Origin: Paraspadella gotoi
Lineage: Eukaryota > Animalia > Chaetognatha
DNA: 29,383 bases
Assembly (NCBI GenBank): GCA_051294375.1
Contig: CM119268.1
Span: 5,206,615-5,235,997, forward strand
Direction of reading: 5' to 3'
The notes below the pieces were generated by a model. It worked only from the letters and a program-made list of their open reading frames with translations, searched no databases and was not told where the DNA came from. Positions 1 through 11,800 of this stretch are shown here, piece after piece. Position numbers and translations under genes: made by a program. Every line of letters begins with the position of its first letter. The stretch's first letter is position 1.

Positions 1-6
1 TATCGT

Positions 7-62
7 GTTACGTCAAACGTCACGCGCCTCTTATGTCACGTGACTTGAAAATCGGATTGACG
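7..62. promoter_or_regulatory. CpG-rich motif cluster: CRE-like TTACGTCA and ACGTCA, palindromic E-box GTCACGTGAC (35-44), TGACG
   Basis: Several bZIP/bHLH-ZIP core motifs within 60 bp; function untested. Confidence 0.3.
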
Positions 63-982
63 AATTTTCACCGCGGTGCCAGTGACGACTGAGCGCGTGA
101 ACTGCGCGGCGAAAAGTCACTGCGTCGCGCTTTTTACAAATTAGTTTTCAGTGAATTAGTACTAAAATCTAAGGCAAAGTTTGGTGTGATTTTCAATCTC
201 AATTATCGCAAATGATAAGGACACCGACGCTGTGTTGATGAACCTAATTCCATATCCAAGGCATTATACGGTATTCACAGTATTGCTTAAAGTTAAAGTC
301 GCTGTATATCGTCTTTTCTTTAAACTTTAGATTTTGTGTTTAATCCTTTCTTTTCGTTGTGTTTTAGGATTAGAGAAAAGTTTCAAATTATTGTGCAACA
401 ACGAATTTATTAACCTTCAGTTTTAAAATTTAATTTAGTATTTTTCAACTTATTTTTCTTTTCTTTAATTATTTAGTTGATGTATCTCTCTGTAAGACCT
501 TAATTAATTTTTGTATATGAAATACATTTTCTTGTCAGCGAGATTTTTAAGATTTTATAATATTTTATAGAATTTGTTTACTTTTCTTTCTTTCTTTTTT
601 TCTCTATTTTTAGACTTTACCTTTTTTTGTGGCCTCCTATCCGAAAAATCTACTAATCTCTCCATTCCTTTTTAAAACTCTTTGTGAAATTTTCTTTTGA
701 ATCTCTCTCTCTCTCTTCTCTCTCTCTNNNNNNNNNNNNNNNNNNNNNNNNNNNNNNNNNNNNNNNNNNNNNNNNNNNNNNNNNNNNNNNNNNNNNNNNN
801 NNNNNNNNNNNNNNNNNNNNNNNNNNNNNNNNNNNNNNNNNNNNNNNNNNNNNNNNNNNNNNNNNNNNNNNNNNNNNNNNNNNTCTCTCTCTCTCTCTCC
901 CTTTTTTCAATCTTTCTCTCTTAACGACGCAACATATGCTCCCTTTTTTTTCTCTCTCTGCGGCAACGGAGCACAAAACTAG

Positions 983-1016
983 CTGATTGGCCGCTCATTC
1001 GAGGAACCGATTGGCT
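983..1016 (-). promoter_or_regulatory. Pair of CCAAT boxes (CTGATTGGCC and CGATTGGCT)
   Basis: Two ATTGG cores 24 bp apart with NF-Y-like flanks. Confidence 0.3.
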
Positions 1017-2301
1017 AGAAACGCTGCTTGTTTAATGTTTATTTGAAGCTTGATCGGGTCGAAAAGATTTTAAAATGCTTTNNNNNNNNNNNNNNNNNNN
1101 NNNNNNNNNNNNNNNNNNNNNNNNNNNNNNNNNNNNNNNNNNNNNNNNNNNNNNNNNNNNNNNNNNNNNNNNNNNNNNNNNNNNNNNNNNNNNNNNNNNN
1201 NNNNNNNNNNNNNNNNNNNNNNNNNNNNNNNNNNNNNNNNNNNNNNNNNNNNNNNNNNNNNNNNNNNNNNNNNNNNNNNNNNNNNNNNNNNNNNNNNNNN
1301 NNNNNNNNNNNNNNNNNNNNNNNNNNNNNNNNNNNNNNNNNNNNNNNNNNNNNNNNNNNNNNNNNNNNNNNNNNNNNNNNNNNNNNNNNNNNNNNNNNNN
1401 NNNNNNNNNNNNNNNNNNNNNNNNNNNNNNNNNNNNNNNNNNNNNNNNNNNNNNNNNNNNNNNNNNNNNNNNNNNNNNNNNNNNNNNNNNNNNNNNNNNN
1501 NNNNNNNNNNNNNNNNNNNNNNNNNNNNNNNNNNNNNNNNNNNNNNNNNNNNNNNNNNNNNNNNNNNNNNNNNNNNNNNNNNNNNNNNNNNNNNNNNNNN
1601 NNNNNNNNNNNNNNNNNNNNNNNNNNNNNNNNNNNNNNNNNNNNNNNNNNNNNNNNNNNNNNNNNNNNNNNNNNNNNNNNNNNNNNNNNNNNNNNNNNNN
1701 NNNNNNNNNNNNNNNNNNNNNNNNNNNNNNNNNNNNNNNNNNNNNNNNNNNNNNNNNNNNNNNNNNNNNNNNNNNNNNNNNNNNNNNNNNNNNNNNNNNN
1801 NNNNNNNNNNNNNNNNNNNNNNNNNNNNNNNNNNNNNNNNNNNNNNNNNNNNNNNNNNNNNNNNNNNNNNNNNNNNNNNNNNNNNNNNNNNNNNNNNNNN
1901 NNNNNNNNNNNNNNNNNNNNNNNNNNNNNNNNNNNNNNNNNNNNNNNNNNNNNNNNNNNNNNNNNNNNNNNNNNNNNNNNNATACGAGATCCAAGAGTAA
2001 ATGCGTCAGACGCTTTTTTTTTCAGCTTTTATCCTTTTCTTTTCTTCTCCTTCCCGTATTTCTATCCATACATACATTTGATTTTGAAATTGTTACAATT
2101 AATATAAAAATTATCCATTCATTTAATAAATAAGTTGTCTTGGCCCTGTCTTTAGGGTCAAGACAGTAACATAGCAGAAGCCGTCAAGCTTTTAATCAAT
2201 CATGAATCTGAATTCCTTTTTTATTTAGCCTTAAATATCATATTTTAGTTTAAAACTCTTTTTTTTTCTTTTTTACTGTTTATTAATTTTTGTTTCGATA
2301 G

Positions 2302-2363
2302 ATCCAAGACGTAAAAATCCAAGACGTATAAATCCAAGACTTATAAATCCAAGACGTATAAAT
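2302..2363. repeat. 15-bp minisatellite ATCCAAGACGTATAA x4
   Basis: Units start at 2302, 2317, 2332 and 2347. Confidence 0.9.
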
Positions 2364-3427
2364 TGTCACAATGACAAAAAGGATTACTTTTTAATGACAT
2401 TAGTTAGTTAATAAGTAAATAAATAATTAGTTAATAAATTAATTAGTTAATAAACGTTATCAATGTAGTAATACAATTTTTCATTTACTATCCGTATGTC
2501 TTTTCCCCTTCCGGGGATGGATAACGTTAATATTCTTATTCATCTTTCGATTTTAAATCCTCTTTAGTTTTAACTTACTTTCATCCCAACCCTTACCTTG
2601 CCTCAATTGCGATCACTTTACAAAACGCCGCAGCCCCGATGTCCCCTTTCCCCCGCTGCCGCTGTCGCCGCCGCCGGAGCCGCCGCCGCCGGAGCCGCTA
2701 ATTCCATTTTTAGCGGGGCTCTAATAAAGTTATCCTCTTTATGTGATNNNNNNNNNNNNNNNNNNNNNNNNNNNNNNNNNNNNNNNNNNNNNNNNNNNNN
2801 NNNNNNNNNNNNNNNNNNNNNNNNNNNNNNNNNNNNNNNNNNNNNNNNNNNNNNNNNNNNNNNNNNNNNNNNNNNNNNNNNNNNNNNNNNNNNNNNNNNN
2901 NNNNNNNNNNNNNNNNNNNNNNNNNNNNNNNNNNNNNNNNNNNNNNNAAAAAAAAAACCTCAAAATCTGAGGATTTGTGAAAATTGTTCTTGCGTGGAAA
3001 TGGAGGGAGGGTCCGATTAGGAATGAAGAAAAATGGGATGAACTGGGATCAAAAATGAAAATGATCCAAATCTTACGAGATCCGGATTTAAAAGACCCCG
3101 GAAGAAGACCGCGTCTAATCCCCGGATTTAATTGACTTTTCGTTGATCTCAAATTTGTTTTCTTCGTTATCTTCATCCGAGATTTCGATAATTTATGTAT
3201 TAATCTTGAATTTAATTTTCTTTTTTTCTTTTTTTTTAACGTCTGTCGTAGTCGTCGCGTACATTATCGTCGTTGTCCTTGTTGTCGTTGTTGTCGTCGT
3301 CGTTATCTTCGTCGTTGTCGTCGTCTCATCCTCTTTTAAACGAAAGACCAAGGAAAGAGTCTTACAGATTTTTCCGTAAATTATTCATTTTAATTTTTTT
3401 TTTGGGGTTTATTTTTATTCGGACGAA

Positions 3428-3476
3428 ATGTTTGGATGGACGGTATCGTTCGTCATATTATGGTGGAGAGTAACGG
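3428..3476 (+). CDS. SNTX-like gene, putative first coding exon ([16 protein letters not shown]), signal-peptide-like
   Basis: ATG at 3428 in a GAAATG context; hydrophobic stretch; donor G|GTAATA (phase 1); 62-nt AT-rich intron 3477-3538 joins in frame to the next exon. Confidence 0.55.
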
Positions 3477-5435
3477 GTAATATTTTGTATTTAATAATTA
3501 ATAAATAAATAAATATTTAAAATCTTGGCAACTCAAAGACGGGAAAGAGCGGATGTTGGCGGATTCGTTGGGTCGCGCGGCTAAAGTGGGGATGTACTAC
3601 GACTTGAGTTCGCAACAGGTTCGTTGTTGTGGCAGGGTAGTGGCAGGGTTGTGGCAGGGTAGTGGAAAAAAAAAGTGAAATGCGTAACGTGGTGGTAAAA
3701 TGCATGACGTGGACGTGAAAATGTTCGAAATGGATGAATATAAGTGAAGTCGAAGTGGAATCTGCGAGTGAAAAAGTAAAATAATCGTGAAAAGAAGTGA
3801 ATTATAAGTGAAATATGAAATACATAAAAAGAAAATAAATAGATCATAATAATTTAAAAATATGAAATAAATGTGATATATAAGTGAAGCTTTTAAAATG
3901 AGTGAAAATGAAATAAAAATAGAAATGAGGCGTGGAAATAATGATGATTGTCACGTGATTATGGTCTCGACTTCAACTCCCTCCCTTCAATGTTCACAAT
4001 TTTCTCTCCACTTCCCCCCTTCGTCTTCCCCCCCCCCTCCACCACCCCACAGATCGTCTTACGGTCCCCCGTTGTGGTCATCCACATCCCTGGATCGTTC
4101 CAACCTTCGCTCCTCATCCTTTCCTTCCACCGATTACAAAGTCCAACGCGGATCGAATAGAAAATCAAAATACGATTCTTTTTTTCTCGAAGGAAACGTC
4201 GGAGTTCATATCTTGTGCGGTAGGCGCAGGGACGTATGTGAGATTTAGGGTCAGGGGCGAGTAAATAATTGTCCAATGGCCAATGTCTTGAGGCTAGTGA
4301 TGAACAGAGGCCAACGACATAGGGCCAGTAAAAGATATTGGCCTTACAGACTCTTTGGCTAGTAAGGCTGGTTTGCCAATAAACAAGGCCATCATAGACC
4401 AATGATCTGAGGCCATTAAGAGACATTTGCCAATGAACGGCACTTTTTTCCTTGCTGCGGCTCATGAAGCAGCGCGACTAAACAAAACTTGTCTCTTTTG
4501 CTGCTTCCATCGTCGCTTTATGCATCACTTCCTTCGTCGTCGCTCTCACCGTCGCAACTGCTTCCTCCATCGTTCAAATTATCGTCGTCGTTTCTGTCGA
4601 TCTCGATCCTGACCAACGAGTCACCCAGCAAGCCATATTTTTTTTGTTGTAAAAGTAGCTTAAGGAAAGACAACCCTAATACCTAACCTTAATCCCTAAC
4701 TCTAACCCTAACCCCTAACCGTAATCTCTATCCCCTAAACTAATCTTATCCCTAACCGAAACTCTAAACAATTAATCCTTCGTTCAAATTATCATCGTTT
4801 TTGTCGATCCCGATCCTGACTCTGAGTCATCCAGTCTGAGAGAAAGAGAGAGAGCGAGAGAGATTCGCTGCTCTGTCATACGGCAAGAGGGCATCGAAGA
4901 GCATTTTTTTTTTTTACAAATTAATGTTCACTGATGTTATGTTGTTCATAATTGACATTTAGAATTTTCGTATGTAACTTTCACTTCGCTCTACGGTCCA
5001 TCGTTGCTTTAATTCCTCTGCCCCGCCGCCCTCCTTTTAACGACAGGTCTCGTCGAAGCCACTGGCGGACNNNNNNNNNNNNNNNNNNNNNNNNNNNNNN
5101 NNNNNNNNNNNNTCTTCCGTCTCTCTTTCTCTCTCATCGTAATTTAAACTGTAACTTTACTTAAAGGCCTGTATAAGGCCGCAAAATTAAGGCGTTGCCC
5201 AGCTAATCTGTTTTATACATTCATACGTACATTCCTCTCTCTCTCTCTCGACCGAAATTTGACATGCGTCGCCATATCCTGACCGCTTGAAGAATTCCCT
5301 CAAGGGTAGTCCAGAACTCTCAAGGACTGGCTGTCGGATCGGATTCGAACTTACCCGTCGATCGCTGAAAAGAATGGAAAAGCCGAGGCCCGAAAGTTGT
5401 GTTTGTTGCTAGAGCGAACTTCGTGGTGGGCGGGC

Positions 5436-5473
<38 letters not shown>

Positions 5474-5547
5474 CTTCCAGGAGAATTTGTCTCGGGTTCA
5501 GAGTATGATGACGTATGTTACATTGTTACAATTGCTCAAAGAAAAGG

Positions 5548-5578
<31 letters not shown>

Positions 5579-5792
5579 AACAGAGACAGTGAGAGAGGAA
5601 CGGAGAAAGAGAGACCGTCTCGCACTTCCAGGCATTAACTACGGCGCCGGCGCCGTCTTCTCCTTCGATTCTGGCGTCGATGGTCAACTGAAGAATTGGG
5701 AACTCGATGGAAACATCCAAGCCTCATTGAATCTTCAGATTTACAAAGGTTCGTCGACATTATTCTTATTATTATTATCATTATTATTATTA

Positions 5793-5841
<49 letters not shown>

Positions 5842-8800
5842 CATCATCATTTAAGTAGTGGTCAGCCATCGGATCATCGAAACGGGCTGGTTTTTTCAAT
5901 GACATGAAGCCCATCTTGTGATTGGTCGATTCCGTTGGTGATTTTATGGAGTTCTTATTTTCCGTTCGCTAATTATTTCCTAATGATGCAGAGAGATGAG
6001 GGAGACGAACGAAGATTCCAGATCATCGTTCATCAATCATCGTTCATCGTTTTGTTCAATCGTTCATCAGTTCATCAATTTAGTGTCTCGAGTTTTCATC
6101 AAATACGATAGTCTTTATTTTTCAAATGAGCTTGGTTTTTTTTAACAATTTTTTTTTCAAATACGTCGATACTATAATTTAGTAAGGCTTGTAGGGTTCT
6201 GCTTGTAATACTATTACTAATGAGGGATGGAGGTTTTAAAACCAAGCATAGGTTGTGAGCAAAATACTTGTTTTATTGTTAAAGAGATAATTTATGGTAT
6301 TCGGTTTTATCGATTACATAATTGTCGGTTTATTAATCTTTTTGCCAAAAAACCAAAAACTTTTACCATTCCTCAATCCACAATTCCGCTCAGTCACACT
6401 CAATCTCCACTTTCTCATCCCACCCTCCAGTCTAATCTTCCACTGTCATCCATTTTCCTTTCTCGCATCTTCCACTCTCAATTCACACATTCCACTCTCA
6501 ATTATTTACTCCTCATTCCATCTTCCCGGTCCTCCATCTTCCATCTCATCCATTTTTGCTATTGCCAAATTTCCAGTCTCACAATCTTCACTCTCAAATT
6601 CCACATTCCACTCTCATCTTCCATTACTCCAATTCACATTCCACTCTCAAATTCTTCCACTCTACGACCCTCAGGCCACCTCGTCGCGTCCCACGATGTC
6701 AAAGAAATTCAGCGCATTTTAACTTAAGACGGACGATCGGGGAAATTGTGTGACAGTCTCATTCTCTCTCTCATCTCATCCTCTTCTCTCTCTCTCTCTA
6801 TCTCTCTCTTCTCTCTCTCTCTCTCTCTTCTTCTCTCTCTTTCTCCTCCTCGTCTAGCCTCTCTCTCTCTCTCGCAGCTGTTCGTCATCTCCCGATGTCC
6901 TCGTTCGTCCTTCGGTGACTGGGCCTTGACGAGGATGGTCCGGGTTCGAATCCCCGGAACTTGAGGATAGACTGACGTCCGACCCAAGTCATCTCACTCT
7001 CTCTCACACACAAACATTAAGAAATTAAGGTTTTGAAGATTTATCGTTACATATTTAAAAATTACATAAATATTAATTATTCCATAAAGGTAATTTTTTT
7101 GGTCAAAGATGTTGAGATTTTAAAAGTTAAATTTTTGGATTATTCATTTTCATTACCTGTTTTACTACATTATGATTAAAAGTAGACTAAATCTTTAAAG
7201 ACGAATATAATTAATGGATAATTTATTTAATTGAATTTTCATAAGAGAGTTTTGATATATTTTTACCAATATAGTTATTCCGACATTTTAATCATTATTA
7301 TTTTCATATCGATCCTGTCAATTTAGCGACTTTCTCTTCTGGCTTAACCGATTAGATTTTCCACAGGATTCCAGCTGAGATTGATTTGATCTTGAAAGCG
7401 AGGTTTCGGGTCTTGGCCTCCCAAGAACGACTGACCGATCGACCAGACAGACAGACAGACAGACCACAGAATTAGCCTCGTCGGGCGCGAGATGCGATTG
7501 TTTTCGTCGTCGTCCTCGATCGTCGTCGTCGTCCACAACGGTATTCGTTCAGGTGGTCATCTTCTTCGTCTTCTTCTTCCTTATTCTTGTCGTCGTCTTT
7601 CGTCGTTCATCTTCGGTATCCCCCGTGTGAAAAGTGATGTTTGTTTTAGTTGAGGTTAATCCGTATTATTTCTTTCTTCTTCGTTATCGTCTGAAAATCA
7701 AGAACGAAGTTTGAGAAAAAACTTAGATTCATCGAAGCGATTGGAGAATTCGGTCTCGAACCTGGAGACGACTTTTATTACTCTGTCTTCTGTTATCTGT
7801 CTATACTATCTATCTATCTATCTATCTATCTAATCTATCTATCTATCTATCTATCATCTATGCTATCTATCTATCTATTATCTACTATCTAAATCTTCTC
7901 TCTCTCGTCTCTTCTCTCTCTCGTCCTCTCTCTCTCTCGTCTCTCCTACTCTCATCGTCTTCTCTCTCTCTCCTCGTCTCTCTCTCTCTCTCAGTCTCTC
8001 TCTCCTCCAATCGTCGGGAGCCACAAGAGATATAACATCCCCATTGTCCTATTCCTCAATTTACAGTCTTCTTTCTTCTCCTTTCCCTCTCTCACTTTCT
8101 CTCTCTCTCTCTCTCTTACGATTCCAGTACAAATCTTCTTTCTGTTTACGATTAATTTAAGAAACGACGAAGGCGAACGAAATCTCGGGTCTCGATGTAT
8201 CGGTCCCCTTCCTCCTACCTCTTCTCTTCCTCTTTCCTCCCCCTCATTCTCTCGACGTCGTTGCTCTCGTCCAGAAAGAAAAAAGCGTCCTCTCCCCGTC
8301 TCTCTCTCTCTCTAATCAGTCTCTCTCTCTCTCTCTCTCTTCATATCTCTCTTACTTCTCTCTCTCTCTCTCTCTCGAGTTATTCCTCTCTCTCTTATCG
8401 TTCTCTCTCGCCAGTCGCGAAGAAAGGAAAGATAATTTCTTTTTTTTTTTATGGTTTTTTTCCGCCGAATTTAGGCATAATAATTTTTTTTCACCTCATC
8501 GACTTATCGTGTTCTTTCCTTACGAAATTAATACATACATTTACAAAATATCATCCTTTTTATTTTAATAAATAATCTGTCTAATCTTTGAACAAGCGTC
8601 GGTGGTTACAGAATTTTCCATACAACTTTTCGAGATCGAAACATAGCGAGCTTCTATCACGACTCGTTCAGATTTCCAGAGTTTAGTTAAGCATATCAGT
8701 GAAGTAAGGATAGGGTAACCACTATCGTTAGTGTGAGCTGTGCGGTTGGTACGCGAGGAGGGCGAGTGTTCGTGTGGGTGTGGTTCCTTGAATAATCTTG

Positions 8801-11800
8801 CGTGTAAGCTCAGGTGGGATCAGGAGTGGTAGTGTCCGCGTGTGAGGTAAGATGATTGTCAGCGGCAAGAGGATTGAGAGAGGATATTATAGTAATATTT
8901 TTTCACTTTTTTCTGTAATTCGACGACACAAGAAATTCAGAAAACTCAAAGAAGAAGATAATAAGAAGAAAGAAAAAGGAAAAGATGGACACATTACCAA
9001 ATAGATAGGAGAAAATGAAGAGATTAGTTCTTCTTTCACGTCTCTCTCTCTCCGTATCTTCTGGTGCACCTACGTATTTTCTCTTCTCTCTCTCGAGTCT
9101 CACTATATCATTCCTCACGCAGTTCACATCAGCGATATCACAAAAATAATAAGTATTAAAAATATACACAATAGTTTAACTCAAAGAACAAAATTATAGA
9201 TAGATACCAAAAGATAAGTAAAATAGCAGTCACGCAGAAAAGTTTTGTTCGACGGCATTTTCGTCTACGAGCAGTCATTATCCCTTTCGTCTATTTTTCT
9301 TCTCTTTCTCTGCTACTTTCTAGCCCACTACAACTACCATCTCTTTGAAGTGATATTGTTTTACATGTGATTTGAGAGAGCTCATGAATTTTATATCACC
9401 TCTATTCCTCTATGTGTTTTCTTTCATTCTATCCTATAGTAATTAGTATCATATGTGTTGTTCCTCGGGCTTCCCTTATGCTCCGATTCTCTCACATTCC
9501 CTGTCGTTCTCAGTGGTCAATGACATAGTATACACTGTAATGCCCATTAATGTCGCATCTTCAATGTCTTGATTATATCTATATCTCCATCCGAATCTGA
9601 ATTCCTTTTTTATTTAGAGCGCTTCAGAATGCTCCAGATAGATTCTTTTAAAAAGCTCCTCTTCTCTAATGTTTCTTTGTTCTTATAATCGGAGAGTATT
9701 CATAAAAGTCTTCTTTGTCAGTACTTATATTCCACAGCAGTATATAAGATTTCCTTAATATAGCGTATACAAAAATCCAAGATGGCGTATACATGAGTTC
9801 TGCTCACCACCCCCGACACACGAGATATACAATTACTCTTAACTCAAATTCACGATAAGTAATAAGGAATAAACATTTATATTATACATATGCCTAAGTT
9901 AATTAGTTAAATAATAGTTAATCATACGAACACGTGTAATCTCATGTATATTGTTACGATAAACGAATATGCTTATGACAGATATTCTGTTTCCACACTT
10001 TGCGACCAGAGCATATTCCTCTACTCGCTCTCCTCTTTCCCCGTAAGTTCCCGCGAGAGGGGAGTGCGAGATATAAGACCGGTTTGACTATATTCAAGCT
10101 GGTATATTCAAGATTGATCGTGGATAAGTAATCTTCCGCACACTATGTTCCACAATCCTCTTAGCTTTTTATACTGGAGCATCCACCTCCCTATACCTTA
10201 CTCTTGGTCTCCACTCTTTCGCACACGCATTCTACTACTTTACACAAACGCGAGTCAAACACCCCAAATGTCACCCTTTCCCCCCGCGCCGCTGTCGAGC
10301 GCGAAGCCGACGAAAGGACGACCGACGCGAGCGAGAGGCCACGGCACACGGGCACGCCGCGCCGAGCGGACTGACGCCATTTTTTAGGCGGGGTCTCTAA
10401 TAAAGTTACTCGAACCGTATGTGAGTACGGGAACTGTATAATTAGACAGAGATACACCAAGAGAGAGAGGAGAGTATCGCAGAAGTACTGTATTGTAATG
10501 TAGAATATGCATGAGATAAGGAGTAGACCTTGTAGTAGGTGTATGGTAGATGATTGAGTATCGCACTGTTACGATGAGGTAGATTCGCCGTAGAGACGAA
10601 GTGTGTTTATGTTTATGTATGTATATAAGTCACAAAAGAGCAAAAGAGAAATGATGGATGTATGAGAAGATTCGTTTGGTTTGGCGGTCTGCGTGATATT
10701 TCGCGCGTCGGTGCGACTGTATATCTCGCAAGCAGCGCGTAAGGCTTTTCGCGATAATCACCGCGGCCAAGAGCAGAGAGAGAAGAGAGAGTTATATTGT
10801 AGATGTATAGTACATATGAGTAGCAGAGCAGATAGAGAGAGACGATGTTAGAGTGATTGAGAGGGCAGCGAAGAGAGTATGATACCTAGTTAAACAGAAA
10901 AAAGCACCTTCTATAATCTAGATAAGTTAAGTGATTTCAAGAGTTCGTGTGTTCTTTCCGGTCCTTGTGGGTCTCTCTCTCTCTCTCTGTTTTCTCTCTA
11001 TTTGCAGAATGATAATAAATGAGTAGGCTGAGGCTCGCGCCGTTCCCTCACTTCTTACGTGCACTATTGTAAGCCAACCATAATCTGGGACATTGTATAC
11101 TTGGGTGCACTGAGAGAAAAACGGATCCAATCCCTTCACCGAACGCACGGAAAATTAATCACTTAAGAATCCCTTCAGTCAAGTGTGTAAAAACGCAGTG
11201 GGAGATAGAGACACGAGAGAGAGCGAGGGACCGGGGTAGTAGATAGAATCGCCGACGCGAGTATGAGTAATGTGGAGACTGTATTGTAGCACGTGTATGA
11301 CTCGTCACAAAGTTGGTGTCATTTCAATCGATTAATACCGTAAGATATCATCACGCAGGAGATTTAACGAGACTAAATGCAGAGAAATTAACACCGACTA
11401 ACTATAGAGAGGATCACAGCTATACATAACCGGATATTTACAATTCTTTTATGTATAATATTTCGAACGTTCTTAATGTGGTTTTTAAATCAGAGTTGAG
11501 GGTCGTGAGGTGAACGTTAAGACGAGTGAAAACACTCAGATATAAACACTCTTCACTCACCATACACCAGACTCGCGTCGCACTATCGCGGCTCTGCATT
11601 GACTCAAAAACAAACGCACCTTCTCACGATCCACAAAACTACGTTCTCCTGAGTCATCCAGCGAGCGAAACACAGACGACTTCCGTTATCACGTCTTCAA
11701 GACTTTCGTCGTTCTGAGATGCACGTATATTCAATAACTTCGCTAATTTACAAAAATCGAGACGATCGAGAGGAAAAAAGAGATATCCGTGTGTACATTT

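Noticed and set aside
238-270. MNLIPYPRHYT resembling tubulin NLVPYPRIHF
   Set aside because: No flanking tubulin similarity and an in-frame stop upstream; too short to support.
2302-2363. CRISPR-like repeat array
   Set aside because: Head-to-tail 15-bp units without spacers, in a eukaryotic context.
653-3176. ORFs spanning N-runs
   Set aside because: They are open only because of Ns and simple repeats.
4672-4765. Telomere or interstitial telomere
   Set aside because: Short, degenerate and intronic; a similar tract occurs elsewhere in the window.
5318-5326. In-frame TGA (selenocysteine) in the minus-strand exon reading
   Set aside because: The SNTX-like motifs are spread over different frames, so indel errors explain the stop better.
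5313-5440. TALE-homeodomain-like reading on + ([19 protein letters not shown]...SWW)
   Set aside because: It lacks the WFxN helix-3 signature, and the opposite strand carries the SNTX MATHV exon; judged coincidental.
6935-6960. tRNA or SINE suggested by CCGGGTTCGAATCCCCGG (B-box)
   Set aside because: No A-box, D-arm or acceptor stem could be built.
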